Notes: generated by a model from the sequence alone, not told the origin. A DNA stretch of 64,000 bases from Candidatus Altimarinota bacterium (GCA_963677745.1 OY782391.1:608001-672000); one strand, 5' to 3'; positions 37,937 through 48,919 are shown, numbered from the stretch's first letter. Numbers and translations: made by a program.

Positions 37937-38212
37937 ATGACAAAGCAAGACCTCGTAAATGCCGCCGCCGCTTCCGCTGGTGTAACCAAGAAGGATGCAG
38001 CAGCAGTATTGGATGCTCTTTTGGAGAGCATTACAAAATCACTCAAAAAGGGTGAGTCAGTAACTATCACTGGCTTTGGAACATTCCGTGTTTCAAAGAG
38101 AGCTGCTAGAACTGGTGTAAATCCAAGAAACCCAGGTGAAAAGATCAAGATCCCAGCCATGAAGCTCCCTGCTTTCAAGGCCGGCAAATCCCTCAAGGAT
38201 GCTGTAAGATAA
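37937..38212 (+). CDS. hup: DNA-binding protein HU
   Basis: MTK-x-DLV, GFGTF, R-x-AR-x-G-x-NP, P-x-FKAGK-x-LKDAV. Confidence 0.97.
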   Translation: MTKQDLVNAAAASAGVTKKDAAAVLDALLESITKSLKKGESVTITGFGTFRVSKRAARTGVNPRNPGEKIKIPAMKLPAFKAGKSLKDAVR

Positions 38213-38229
38213 TTCTTACTTTCACAAAT

Positions 38230-38258
38230 AAAAAGCCCCTCTCCGGAGGGGTTTTTTT
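38230..38258 (+). terminator. Rho-independent terminator
   Basis: AAAAA-GCCCCTC-TCCG-GAGGGGT-TTTTTT. Confidence 0.85.
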
Positions 38259-38356
38259 ATGTCCGACTCTAAAACAGGCTTTTATTAAAACTTGCTAAAA
38301 TCACGCCAAAGCCCTAAATTTCTAGGGCATAATTTGAAAATTAGCACGCTTAATAC

Positions 38357-39376
38357 ATGTCAGAACAATTACTAAAAACCGCGATTTCAGAAATTGAAAA
38401 AGCTCAAAGTCCGAACGAGCTGAAAGAAGTAGAAATCAAATATCTCGGCCGATCCGGACAAATTACCGAACTCCTGAAAACTCTCAAGGACATGACGCCC
38501 GATGAAAAGCGTCAAAAAGGCCAATCTATCCAGGAACTAAAGAACGGCTTCACCGAAGCCTATAGTCAAAAAGACCGCCTGCTGCGCCGCCAGGAAATAG
38601 AAACCAAACTGACTTCCGAGTTTTTCGATTTGTCTTTCGGTGAAATCGATCCCAAAAGATCGCTGGAGCCGGGCTCGCAGCATCCACTTTCCCTGTTACA
38701 AAAAGAAGTTGAGGAAATTTTTGCCGAAATGGGATTTGAGATCGCCGACGGACCGGAAGTGGAAAGCGAATATTATAATTTTGAAGCCCTCAACATTCCC
38801 TCCTGGCACCCGGCGCGTGACATGCAGGACACCTTCTTTCTGGACCATCCCACCGACTCCAAACACGGTCATCTACTGCTTCGCACACAGACCTCACCCG
38901 GACAAATCCGCATGATGGAAAAACACGGCGCCCCCCTGCGCATCATTATCCCGGGACGTGTCTTCCGTTATGAAGGGGCCGACGCCACCCATGACAGCAC
39001 TTTCAACCAGGTGGAAGGACTCTTGATCGACGAAGGCATCGGACTTTCCCACCTCAAAGGCATCATGAGCGAATTTCTGAAAAGATTTTTCAAGGACGGC
39101 GTAACCGTCCGCTTTCGTCCCGGCTATTTCCCCTTCGTGGAACCGGGCATAGAAATGGACATGCTCTGGAAAAAAGGCAATCAGACCAGATGGCTGGAGA
39201 TGATGGGCGCCGGTATGGTTCACCCGAAAGTTTTACAGGCGGGCGGACTGGATCCCGACAAATATCAGGGCTGGGCTTTCGGTTTCGGACTTACGCGCAT
39301 GGCCCTGCTGCGCTATGGCATAGACGACATCAGATTACTCCATGCCAACGATCTGAGATTTTTAAAACAATTTTAA
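38357..39376 (+). CDS. pheS: Phenylalanine--tRNA ligase alpha subunit
   Basis: HPARDMQDTF, LLRTQTS, F-x-QVEG, FPFVEP, GAGMVHP, FGFGL-x-R. Confidence 0.98.
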   Translation: MSEQLLKTAISEIEKAQSPNELKEVEIKYLGRSGQITELLKTLKDMTPDEKRQKGQSIQELKNGFTEAYSQKDRLLRRQEIETKLTSEFFDLSFGEIDPKRSLEPGSQHPLSLLQKEVEEIFAEMGFEIADGPEVESEYYNFEALNIPSWHPARDMQDTFFLDHPTDSKHGHLLLRTQTSPGQIRMMEKHGAPLRIIIPGRVFRYEGADATHDSTFNQVEGLLIDEGIGLSHLKGIMSEFLKRFFKDGVTVRFRPGYFPFVEPGIEMDMLWKKGNQTRWLEMMGAGMVHPKVLQAGGLDPDKYQGWAFGFGLTRMALLRYGIDDIRLLHANDLRFLKQF

Positions 39377-39377
39377 C

Positions 39378-41831
39378 ATGAAGATATCCGTTAATTGGCT
39401 TCGTAATTATGTTAATTTGCCCGACCAGAACGACTGGCAGGCTTTCGGTGATTTATTTACCGTTCGCACCGCCGAAGTGGAAGAAGTCAGTAATCTCGCC
39501 GAGAGTTTCGACAAAATGGTTGTGGGACAGATCGAATCGATCCAGCCGCATCCCAATGCCGACAAACTGAAAATCACCAAAACCCGCGTAGGCCAGGAAG
39601 TTCTGCAAATCGTCTGCGGAGGCAGTAATCTTTATGAAGGCCAGAAAGTTGCGGTTGCTTTGGTGGGAGCCAAAGTGCGCTGGCACGGCGAAGGCGAACT
39701 GGTGGAACTGGCACCTGTTAAAATCAGGGGAGAGGAAAGCTTCGGCATGATTTGTGCCGCTTCCGAAATCGGAATGAAGGAGGAAGAGCCTCAACACACT
39801 TCCAATATAGACGCTGGAACCGGCATCATGGATCTTTCCTATCTGAAAGACCAGCCTGGCACCCCGCTGGCCGTTGCCCTCAAAAAAAACGACATCATTA
39901 TCGACATCGAAAACAAAACTCTTACCCATCGTCCGGATCTCTGGGGACATTACGGGATCGCCCGCGAAATTGCCGCCATCACCGGCGAAAAGCTGAAGCC
40001 TGTGGAATATTTCCGCAACTACGACCAGAACCTTCCGGAAATCGTCAAAGTCCAGGTAAAAGATCCAGATCTTTGTCCCCGCTATCTGGCCGTCACTATC
40101 GACAACGTTAAAATCGGCCCCTCTCCCGAGTGGTTGAAAACGGCTCTGGAAAATACCGGCAACCGTTCCATCAATAACGTCGTCGACGCTACCAATTTTG
40201 TCATGCTGGAACTGGGCAACCCTCTTCACGCTTTCGACACCGCCACCATCGTCAAAGATCTGATTGTCCGCCGGGCCAAACCGGGGGAAATTATTGAAAC
40301 TTTGGAATTGGAAAAGAAAGAACTGGACACTGAAACACTGATTATCGCCGACAGCAAAAAACCGCTGGCCATCGCCGGCATCAAGGGAGGCCTTCATTCC
40401 GGCATCACCGATCACACCACCCGCATTACTTTGGAAGCCGCCAATTTCAACCCCGTCTCCATCAGAAAAAGTTCGGTAAGACTCGGCATTCGCACCGAGG
40501 CCGTCCAGAGATTTGAAAAAGACCTGGATCCTTTGCTGGCCGAACAGGCTATGGACCGGCTGGTAAAAATCATCCTGGATCTCTGCCCTGGAGCCTCCGT
40601 CATCAGCCGCAAACAGGACGTCTGCAAATTTAAATATAAAGTCCGCAAGATCAAGCTGGACCTCACCAAAACCTCCTCCAAAATCGGCGTTGATATCGAT
40701 GCCAAAACTGCTGCCGGTTTGCTGGAAAAACTGGAATTTAAAGTCAAAGCGGGGCCTGGAAAAAACTCCATCACGGTTGAAGTACCCAGTTTCCGCGCCA
40801 CCAAGGATATCAATCATCAGGACGATCTGGTGGAAGAAATCGCCCGTCTTTACGGTTACGAAAAAATCCCCGCCTCCATTCCCGAACTGCACGTCCGCCC
40901 GGCCCCCCGCCTCCACACCGAACGCCGTGAAAAATACGACATGCGTAACGTTTTAAGTCTGGAACTGGGCATGAACGAAACCCTCAATTACTCATTTTAC
41001 AGCCTGAAAACCCTGCAAAATTGTGGCCTGGACGAATTGAACCACCTGAAGATCCGTAACTATCTGTCGGAAGAGCAAACCCACCTGCGCACCAGTCTGT
41101 TGCCCGGTCTTCTGCACAACGTTTCTCAGAATCTCAAAAATTTCGACAGTCTGAAACTATATGAAATCGGACGTACCTATAAGCTGGTCAACTCTTTCTT
41201 TCCTCTGGAAGAAAAAGATCTGGCCGGAGTAATCGTGGTCGGCAAAAAAGATAAAGACCAGCCTTTTTATCAGGTTAAAACCGCCATAGAAATTCTCCTG
41301 AAACGCCTGAACGTCACTTCGCTCAAATACCGCAAAGCTGAATCCCCCAACCCGCTGGCCCATCCGGCCAAACATGCTGCCTGGTTCGACTTCAAATCAC
41401 AGCAGGAACTAATTCACATTTTTGATCTGCACCCAGAAGTTGCACAAAATTTCGATCTGGAAAAACAGCAAATCGCCTGCTTCACCATCAATTATACCCT
41501 GCTTCACAAGTTGGACCGGGCTGAGAAAAAATTCCGGCCCATTCCCAAGTTTCCGTCTATACAGATCGATGTTTCGCTCTTGGTGAAAGCAAACAAAGAG
41601 ATAGCTGATTTCGAAAAAGCCATTCAAAAAGCCGACCCCAATCTGATCTCCAGCGTAAAACTGTTTGATTTTTACCAGGGCGCCAATATCCCGGCCGATA
41701 AAAAATCTCTGGCCTATAAAATCACCCTGCAGGCTCCGGACCGCACCCTCACCGACGAAGAAATGAAACAGGCCCAGCAAAAGATTTTTGCCAATCTGCA
41801 GGCAATCGGGGCGGAAATCAGGGGCCTCTGA
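39378..41831 (+). CDS. pheT: Phenylalanine--tRNA ligase beta subunit
   Basis: HPNADKL, IVCG, RG-x2-S-x-GM-x-C, INNVVD-x-TN, RFEK, DLVEEIAR-x-YGY, DRTLTD. Confidence 0.98.
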   Translation: MKISVNWLRNYVNLPDQNDWQAFGDLFTVRTAEVEEVSNLAESFDKMVVGQIESIQPHPNADKLKITKTRVGQEVLQIVCGGSNLYEGQKVAVALVGAKVRWHGEGELVELAPVKIRGEESFGMICAASEIGMKEEEPQHTSNIDAGTGIMDLSYLKDQPGTPLAVALKKNDIIIDIENKTLTHRPDLWGHYGIAREIAAITGEKLKPVEYFRNYDQNLPEIVKVQVKDPDLCPRYLAVTIDNVKIGPSPEWLKTALENTGNRSINNVVDATNFVMLELGNPLHAFDTATIVKDLIVRRAKPGEIIETLELEKKELDTETLIIADSKKPLAIAGIKGGLHSGITDHTTRITLEAANFNPVSIRKSSVRLGIRTEAVQRFEKDLDPLLAEQAMDRLVKIILDLCPGASVISRKQDVCKFKYKVRKIKLDLTKTSSKIGVDIDAKTAAGLLEKLEFKVKAGPGKNSITVEVPSFRATKDINHQDDLVEEIARLYGYEKIPASIPELHVRPAPRLHTERREKYDMRNVLSLELGMNETLNYSFYSLKTLQNCGLDELNHLKIRNYLSEEQTHLRTSLLPGLLHNVSQNLKNFDSLKLYEIGRTYKLVNSFFPLEEKDLAGVIVVGKKDKDQPFYQVKTAIEILLKRLNVTSLKYRKAESPNPLAHPAKHAAWFDFKSQQELIHIFDLHPEVAQNFDLEKQQIACFTINYTLLHKLDRAEKKFRPIPKFPSIQIDVSLLVKANKEIADFEKAIQKADPNLISSVKLFDFYQGANIPADKKSLAYKITLQAPDRTLTDEEMKQAQQKIFANLQAIGAEIRGL

Positions 41832-41934
41832 TCTAAATCCGGGATTATAGTTGAAAGAAACAAGCGTTCAAGCCAAAAACTTTGTTTTTTTCGATGTTTT
41901 CCGCTAAACTTTCCGCGTCACTAATTTAAAGACC

Positions 41935-44724
41935 TTGTTAGACCAAAAAAAAGCCCGCTCCATCATGCAAGGACTGCGCCGCATCAGGGAAAAACATTTC
42001 ACCAATGAACACGGTTATACCGATTGGAAAAAAATCGGCATTATAAGTGCCATCAGTCTGGGATCCTTCATCGTATTCTGTGGTTTGATGTTTGCTGCCG
42101 CCATTGCCCTTCTTTCCATCGGACTGCCTGATGTCCGCGACCTGGACAAGCTGGCTGTTGCCCAATCCACCACCATCTACGACCGCGAAGGTAATATCCT
42201 CTATGTGAAATTCGGGGAAGAAAATCGTGAATACAAAAAACTTAATCAAATTTCCCCCAATCTGGTCAAAGCCACTATTGCCATCGAAGACGACCAGTTC
42301 TACAACCACCCCGGGTTTGACCTGTTCGGCTTTGTCCGTGCCGCCTTTCACAACATCACCGGCGGCAGCCAGCAGGGAGGTTCCACCATCACCCAGCAAT
42401 ACATCAAACTGACCTTCCTTTCCTCGGAAAAATCCTACATCAGAAAAATCAAGGAATTAATTCTGGCAGTCCGTCTGGAGGAAGCCTTCGACAAAGACAC
42501 CATCCTGGAAAAATATCTTAACAAAATTCCTTACGGCAATAACGCTTTCGGCGTGGAAAAAGCCGCCCAGAATTATTACAACAAATCTGCCAAAGATCTC
42601 ACACTGGGAGAATCAGCCATTTTGGCAGCCATTCCACAGGCCCCCAGTTATTACAACCCCTACGGTCCCAACAAATATTCCCGTCTTTCCAAAAGCCTCG
42701 ATCCCGAACAACTGGCCAACCGTAATATCGACAACCAGTCCGACCTGGGCAGCGATGAAGTCAAAACCGGTTTGATCGGACAATACGTGGATGTCGGCAA
42801 TGATAAGAAGGTTTATCTGCAGGGACGGTCCGACCTGGTTTTACGCCGCATGGTCGAAACCAGTGTGATTTCCGAAGAAGAAAAAGACCAGGCCCTGGAG
42901 GAAATTCACAGTTTGGACTTTACTCCGACCAAACAGGACATTAAGGCTCCTCACTTTGTGCTGGAGTATGTAATCCAGCAGCTTGAGGAAAAATACGGCA
43001 AAGACCTGCTGGAACAGGGTGGCCTGAAAGTCTACACCACTCTCGATCCCAAGCTGCAGGAATACGCCGAACAGGCTATCGAATCCCGCTCCAAAAATTA
43101 TCAGGAAAAATATAACGTGAAAAACGCTGCACTGATTGCCATGAACCCCCAAAACGGGCAAATCCTGGCCATGGTCGGTTCACGCGATTATTTTGACAAG
43201 GAGATCGATGGAAAAACCAACATTGTTACCAGCTACAGGCAGCCCGGATCTTCCTTCAAACCAATCGTTTACGCCGCAGCCTTCCTTAACCGTTATTCTC
43301 CCGCTTCTGTCATTTTCGACGCACCAACACCTTTTGGATCGAGCTGGCCAAAGAACTTCGACGGGAAATTCCAGGGACCCATCACACTCAGAAAAGCGCT
43401 CGGCCAGTCCCGCAACATCCCCGCCATCAAAGCGTATTTTCTGGCCGGAGAGCAGGAACAGATTCAACCGCTGGCCAAAAAACTAGGTGTAGACTTTATG
43501 GATGAGAACGCCACCTACGGCTATCCAATGGCCCTGGGAGCGGGCGAAGTCACACTGCTCAGTCTGACCAACGCCTTTGGTACTTTTGCCAACGGCGGGC
43601 TGCATTACGCTCCCGTGTCCATACTGCGGGTGGAAAACGCCCAGGGAGAAGTCCTGGAAGAATGGCAGGATCAAAAAGGTGAAGAAGCTCTTGATCCCCA
43701 GATCGCCTATTTGGTCACCAGCGTCCTCTCCGACCGTTCGGTCAACGTCGGACCGAATCTTAACGTCGAAGGGCAAATCAACGCCGCAAAAACCGGTACC
43801 TCCAACCGCAAGGTCGGTTCCCAGTATCTTCCCCACGATCTGCTTACTCTGGGCTACACCACGCAACTGGTTACCGGCGTCTGGGCGGGCAACAATGACG
43901 ACCGCAAGGACGGCGCCTTAAATTTCTCGGCAGACGGCTACAACGTAGCCGCGCCCATTTTTAAGGAATTCATGGAAAAATCACTGGCCAGCGCACCCGC
44001 AGAAGACTTCCCGATTCCGGAAGGAATTAAACAGGAAACCGTCTCCAAATACAGCGGCAAACTGGTTTCCGATCTCACCCCCACCGATCAGCAGATAACC
44101 GATTTCTTCGCCAGTTTTTCAGTACCCACCGAAATCGACGACAGTTATTCCGGCACTCCCGACTTCACCGCCACCGAATCCCTGAACGCCAATCCCTGTA
44201 GCGCCGGACAGGCTCAAAAACGCAACCAGGTGGTTCTTCATGACATTGATCCGACCAGAGAAATCTGGGAAAAAGCCGCCCAGGACTGGCTCAAGGAAAA
44301 CAGTTCGATTCTGGCCGATCAGACCGGTTCCGTCAGTTGTGAAACTGTACCAACCGACGATCAGCCAACCGTCAGATTTAAAAATCTGCAGGAAGGTGAT
44401 TATGTGGGAGAAAAAAACCTGACAGTGGAAATCCAGACAACCGGCAAAAATAAAATAGTCCAGGCGGCCTACTATCTGAATAATACCCTCCAATACAAAC
44501 AGGACTCCGCCCCCTTTTCCGGAAATGTCCGCCTGCCCAGAAATGCCGGCGATAAATTTCAGACCCTCACGGTCAGAGTCTTTGACAGCGAGGGTAGAAT
44601 CGGAGAATCCCAAATTCATATTCATACCGCACCCACACCTCCTCTCGACGGTCCGGCGCCTGTCACCCCGGTCACCCCTCCCGAAACCGCCCCCTCCTCC
44701 GAAATTAGCCCACCCACACCCTAA
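41935..44724 (+). CDS. Class A penicillin-binding protein (PBP1A family) with C-terminal Ig-like domain
   Basis: TM anchor; transglycosylase motifs ED..FY-x-H-x-G, GGSTITQQ, RK-x-KE, YLN; transpeptidase motifs SSFK, SRN, KTGT. Confidence 0.95.
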   Translation: MLDQKKARSIMQGLRRIREKHFTNEHGYTDWKKIGIISAISLGSFIVFCGLMFAAAIALLSIGLPDVRDLDKLAVAQSTTIYDREGNILYVKFGEENREYKKLNQISPNLVKATIAIEDDQFYNHPGFDLFGFVRAAFHNITGGSQQGGSTITQQYIKLTFLSSEKSYIRKIKELILAVRLEEAFDKDTILEKYLNKIPYGNNAFGVEKAAQNYYNKSAKDLTLGESAILAAIPQAPSYYNPYGPNKYSRLSKSLDPEQLANRNIDNQSDLGSDEVKTGLIGQYVDVGNDKKVYLQGRSDLVLRRMVETSVISEEEKDQALEEIHSLDFTPTKQDIKAPHFVLEYVIQQLEEKYGKDLLEQGGLKVYTTLDPKLQEYAEQAIESRSKNYQEKYNVKNAALIAMNPQNGQILAMVGSRDYFDKEIDGKTNIVTSYRQPGSSFKPIVYAAAFLNRYSPASVIFDAPTPFGSSWPKNFDGKFQGPITLRKALGQSRNIPAIKAYFLAGEQEQIQPLAKKLGVDFMDENATYGYPMALGAGEVTLLSLTNAFGTFANGGLHYAPVSILRVENAQGEVLEEWQDQKGEEALDPQIAYLVTSVLSDRSVNVGPNLNVEGQINAAKTGTSNRKVGSQYLPHDLLTLGYTTQLVTGVWAGNNDDRKDGALNFSADGYNVAAPIFKEFMEKSLASAPAEDFPIPEGIKQETVSKYSGKLVSDLTPTDQQITDFFASFSVPTEIDDSYSGTPDFTATESLNANPCSAGQAQKRNQVVLHDIDPTREIWEKAAQDWLKENSSILADQTGSVSCETVPTDDQPTVRFKNLQEGDYVGEKNLTVEIQTTGKNKIVQAAYYLNNTLQYKQDSAPFSGNVRLPRNAGDKFQTLTVRVFDSEGRIGESQIHIHTAPTPPLDGPAPVTPVTPPETAPSSEISPPTP

Positions 44725-45516
44725 ATGTTTTTGCAAAAAACGCACATCTTCCTGCTGATCAGCCTGGTTTTGACGGGCTGTCTGGCCACCTCCTTCCCCG
44801 AAACCGAACCGGCCTCCTCACCCGGCACAGGCCTTAGTTTAAACGAATTGAATATTTCGGGAAAAAACTTTCTGATAGTTAAAATTGATCCTGCTCTCTA
44901 CCGGCTTAAAATAATCGAAAATACCCCTCCCCCGGACAGTAAAAACATCCGGGACATTCATCTGGAAAAAAAGTCTCCGCTCAGTTTCAACGGCAGTTTC
45001 TTCAGCCAGGATTTTCAACCCCTCGGGTTACTGGTATCGGAAGGCAAATTGCTTTTTCCCCTCAACAAATCGGACCTGATGAACGGCCTGTTTACCATCA
45101 ATCAAAAAGGACAACCGGAACTTTTGGAATTTCAGCAGTTTCAGAAAAATCAAAACAACATTCTTCCTTCTCTTGACTTTGCCATACAGAGCGGCCCAAT
45201 TTTGATCGACGGCAACGGAAAAATCACGGCTGACCGGAAAAACGCCAAAAAAGCGGGCCGAACAGCCATCGGTCTGGACAAAGCCAACAACCTTATAGTA
45301 ATAATGCTTCGACAAACCCTGCTGGACCAGGAAAACGCCCTCAGCCTTTATGATTTTGCGGAACTGCTGGAAAATTCCCCACAACTCGGCCCCCTGGGCC
45401 TTCATTCGGTATTAAATCTGGACGGCGGTAATTCCTCGGGACTAGCCATCAACAACCAATACTATCCGGAGCTGGAAAAAGTCCAAAACATCATAATTTC
45501 GGAAAGCCGATCCTGA
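44725..45516 (+). CDS. Phosphodiester glycosidase (NAGPA-like) family lipoprotein
   Basis: Lipobox LTGC; NGSFF, QSGP-x-L, RTAIG, LNLDGG-x-SS. Confidence 0.85.
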   Translation: MFLQKTHIFLLISLVLTGCLATSFPETEPASSPGTGLSLNELNISGKNFLIVKIDPALYRLKIIENTPPPDSKNIRDIHLEKKSPLSFNGSFFSQDFQPLGLLVSEGKLLFPLNKSDLMNGLFTINQKGQPELLEFQQFQKNQNNILPSLDFAIQSGPILIDGNGKITADRKNAKKAGRTAIGLDKANNLIVIMLRQTLLDQENALSLYDFAELLENSPQLGPLGLHSVLNLDGGNSSGLAINNQYYPELEKVQNIIISESRS

Positions 45517-45518
45517 AT

Positions 45519-46550
45519 ATGTTAAAAAACATTTTTGTTATCAGCGACGTTGAGCTTGGTCAGGGAGACATTTTTGATGATTTCAAGGACGAACATCTCC
45601 TGATCGGCTTTCTTAAAAAGATCACACAGGAGAAAGGCAAAAACATACTGATCCTGAACGGAGACACTTTCGATTTTTTAAAGATGCATTATCAGGGACG
45701 GTTCACCCATCATATCACCGAAGAAATTTCTGTCTGGAAAATGCAGCGCATCATTGAAACTTATCCGCGGATCTTCCAGACACTCCGTGAATTTCTTAAT
45801 AAATCCGCCAACGAAATCCATTTTATTATCGGCAACCACGACTACGATCTGCACTGGCCCGGCGTCCAGAAACTCTTGCAGCAAACGCTTGGCCATCCAA
45901 ACAAGATTACTTTCGGCGGAAGCTTTGATACCAAAGAACTTCATGTGGAACACGGCAATCAGGTCGATTATTTCTACAAGTTCACCGATGAAAACCCTTT
46001 TCTTAAACACCGCGGTAAAGTTCTGTTAAACCTGCCTTTCGGCAACATGGTCGTGACCAGATACTTCATCGAGCTTAAACGTCTTTTTCCTTTGGAAGAG
46101 AGATATCCTCGCCATCAGGCCTTTGATAACTTTCCGGCTTTCGCCAAAATGAAACAGAAGATAGCCTATAATTTTATAATTAAAGGGATCTTTTTAAACT
46201 TTATCCTCAGCCTGGGAGATCCGATTGCCAGCGTCCCCTACCTCAATCTGATTAAACACGTCTTCACGCATGGTCTGGAACTGCATGACGAAATGAAATT
46301 CATAAAAAAGCGTTTCAAGAGTATGATCAAACTCTATCCGGGCAGACAAGCCTACATCATGGGACATCTTCACATTACCCACCATGAAGTAAACGCGGCT
46401 AAAAATCATATTCAAATCGTCACCAATACCTGGAGAGAGGAATATGACATCTCCAGGAACAAGGAGCACGTCTTAAAACCCAAAACATACGCCCAGATTA
46501 CCTATGAAAACGACCAGCTGCAAAAAGTTGATTTATTAACATATTCCTGA
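45519..46550 (+). CDS. Calcineurin-like metallophosphoesterase
   Basis: SDVELG, LNGD-x-FD, GNHD, EHG, GHLH. Confidence 0.85.
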   Translation: MLKNIFVISDVELGQGDIFDDFKDEHLLIGFLKKITQEKGKNILILNGDTFDFLKMHYQGRFTHHITEEISVWKMQRIIETYPRIFQTLREFLNKSANEIHFIIGNHDYDLHWPGVQKLLQQTLGHPNKITFGGSFDTKELHVEHGNQVDYFYKFTDENPFLKHRGKVLLNLPFGNMVVTRYFIELKRLFPLEERYPRHQAFDNFPAFAKMKQKIAYNFIIKGIFLNFILSLGDPIASVPYLNLIKHVFTHGLELHDEMKFIKKRFKSMIKLYPGRQAYIMGHLHITHHEVNAAKNHIQIVTNTWREEYDISRNKEHVLKPKTYAQITYENDQLQKVDLLTYS

Positions 46551-47119
46551 TGCAAATCCAATCAGCCAGCTACCTGAAATCCGTAGTTCCGGGAGCGGAA
46601 CTCCCCTACGAAAAATACCCGATTTACGCCTTCATCGGACGATCCAATGTCGGTAAGTCAACTTTTATAAATGCCGTCACCGGTCAAAAGGGCCTTTGCC
46701 GCACCGGCTCCACCCCGGGCGTAACCAGAAAAGTGAACCTTTACCTGATTAACAAAAAAATACTTTTTGCCGACCTTCCCGGTTACGGTTTTTCCAAACT
46801 GGGACTTAGAGAACGCCGTGAACTGATTGAACTGATCTTCTGGTTTCTCAGTCACCCCGAAAACAATTTCCGGCAGATTTATCTGCTTCTGGACGCTAAA
46901 ATCGGGCCCACCACCCAGGATCTGGAAATTATGGACTATCTTCAGGAAAGCCGGCTCCCCTTCTTTATCATTCTTTCCAAAGTCGACAAACTCACTTATT
47001 CCCGGAAATTACAGCAGATTCACAGTCTTTCCAACCGTTTTCCCAGTCACAAAATTATCCCCTTTTCCGCCACAACCAGAGAGGGTCTGCCGGAAATGCT
47101 GAAAAATCTTGACCTCTAG
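46550..47119 (+). CDS. engB: GTP-binding protein EngB/YihA/YsxC
   Basis: GRSNVGKS, TPG-x-T, DLPGYG, SKVDK, FSA. Confidence 0.95.
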   Translation: MQIQSASYLKSVVPGAELPYEKYPIYAFIGRSNVGKSTFINAVTGQKGLCRTGSTPGVTRKVNLYLINKKILFADLPGYGFSKLGLRERRELIELIFWFLSHPENNFRQIYLLLDAKIGPTTQDLEIMDYLQESRLPFFIILSKVDKLTYSRKLQQIHSLSNRFPSHKIIPFSATTREGLPEMLKNLDL

Positions 47120-47207
47120 CCATTTGCCCAACCGACTTGGATCAAAACATTATTCTTACATTTTGTCAAAGTTCGTGCTAAAATAGTTAGATTTATTAAT
47201 AAATCTG

Positions 47208-48914
47208 ATGCACGATCAAGCCTTTATAGAACTTAGCCTGGTCATTCTGACTACCCTGGTAATCTGTGGGGCCTTCAGGATGCTGAAACAGCCGATCATG
47301 ATCGGCTATATAGTTTCAGGTATTGTACTCAGCCCCAATCTTCTGGGTTTTCTTAAGAACAGTGAGGGCTTATCCACTTTTTCGCAGATCGGCATCAGTT
47401 TTCTGCTTTTCATGGTGGGGCTGGGCCTCAACCCCAAACACATCAGGGATATAGGTAAAACCGCCGTGTTCACCACCCTGGTCCAAATGTTCCTCTCCGG
47501 CGGATTTTTTTTCCTGCTTAGCCTGCTTTTTGGTTTCAACACAACCACTGCCCTTTATCTTGGACTCGGTTTGAGTTTCAGTTCGACCATCGTTATTATG
47601 AAAATCCTCACCGACAAACTGAGCCTGGAAACCCTGCCCGGAAAAATTGCCATCGGTATTTTGATTATCCAGGACCTTCTGGCAATGATAGCTCTGATGA
47701 CCATCTCGGCCATCGCCAAAGACGGCAATCTAATGTCCACCATTATCGAAACTGCCGGGAAAGGGCTGGTTCTGGGCGTAACATTGATACTGATCAGCAC
47801 AAAAATACTGCCGGTTCTGGCCAGAAAAATCGCCAGTTCTCAGGAAATGCTGCTGCTATTTTCGATTGCCTGGTGTATGGCGGTAGCCAGCCTGTTTTAT
47901 CTGATGGATTTCTCCATAGAGATTGGGGCTCTGCTCGCAGGAATAACCCTTTCGCTATCTCCCTACCGTTATGAAATCAGCGCAAAGATGCGCCCACTGC
48001 GTGATTTTTTCATCATGCTGTTTTTTGTGTTTTTAGGCTCACAAATGGTATTTGGCGAGATTGTTCCTTTGCTCCTGCCGACTCTGGTTTTTACAATTTT
48101 GGTCTTGGTACTCAATCCACTGATTATAACTTTTCTGATGGGCAGAATCGGGTATACAAAAAAGACCAGTTTTCTGGCCGGCATCAATTTCAGCCAGATC
48201 AGTGAGTTTTCTTTAATTGTCGCTACTCTTGGTGTTAAAGTCGGTCACCTGGACCAGAAAATCCTTTCCCTGCTGACGCTGATTGCCCTGTTAACCATCA
48301 CCGGTTCCACCTACTTCATCAATTATTCGGAAAAAGTTTATCGACGGATTAGCCGGCAGCTCGATATTTTCGAGAAAAAAGGCCCCAAAATAGACCAGCA
48401 AAGAAAACGGGCCGGCCGGGAACATGAGATCATCCTGATTGGTTACGGCAGAATGGGAATTTCCCTGGTTGAATCCTTTAAACTCTTGGGAAAAAGCTAC
48501 TTTATAGTCGACTATGATCCACAGGTTATTCAGGACCTGGAAAGTCAGCATGTGGACTGCCTCTATGCGGACATCAGCAATCTTGACACCTACGACGAAA
48601 TTAATTTCAACCAGGCCAAAATGGTCATTTCTACCGTTAAGGACTTTGACACGAATCTGCTTCTGATTAATTCCATCAAAAAAGTAAACAAAGAAGCCAT
48701 TATTCTCACACTCTCACACCAGATCGACGAATCGATCAGACTATATGAACAGGGGGCCAATTATGTGATCATGCCCTTCCAGATCGGCGGACACCAGACG
48801 TCTTCCATGATTGCGGAATACGGTTTCGACATACAAAAATTCTTGATTGAAAAAAATCAGCATATTAGTAGACTGTTAATCAGAAAAGCCCTGAAAAAAA
48901 CATCCTATTTCTAA
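47208..48914 (+). CDS. CPA2 cation:proton antiporter with TrkA-N (KTN) domain
   Basis: ~12 TM helices; FSST, LIIQD, RDFF, QISEFS; C-terminal GYGRMG. Confidence 0.92.
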   Translation: MHDQAFIELSLVILTTLVICGAFRMLKQPIMIGYIVSGIVLSPNLLGFLKNSEGLSTFSQIGISFLLFMVGLGLNPKHIRDIGKTAVFTTLVQMFLSGGFFFLLSLLFGFNTTTALYLGLGLSFSSTIVIMKILTDKLSLETLPGKIAIGILIIQDLLAMIALMTISAIAKDGNLMSTIIETAGKGLVLGVTLILISTKILPVLARKIASSQEMLLLFSIAWCMAVASLFYLMDFSIEIGALLAGITLSLSPYRYEISAKMRPLRDFFIMLFFVFLGSQMVFGEIVPLLLPTLVFTILVLVLNPLIITFLMGRIGYTKKTSFLAGINFSQISEFSLIVATLGVKVGHLDQKILSLLTLIALLTITGSTYFINYSEKVYRRISRQLDIFEKKGPKIDQQRKRAGREHEIILIGYGRMGISLVESFKLLGKSYFIVDYDPQVIQDLESQHVDCLYADISNLDTYDEINFNQAKMVISTVKDFDTNLLLINSIKKVNKEAIILTLSHQIDESIRLYEQGANYVIMPFQIGGHQTSSMIAEYGFDIQKFLIEKNQHISRLLIRKALKKTSYF

Positions 48915-48919
48915 ACCGC

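Noticed and set aside
38260-38356. T-box or attenuator leader for pheS
   Set aside because: The spacer is too short and has no T-box consensus or Phe-rich leader peptide.
39453-40916. 487-aa antisense ORF (and similar shadows over asnS, the PBP and the ATP-grasp gene)
   Set aside because: Fully antisense to conserved genes; explained by codon bias and carries no motifs.
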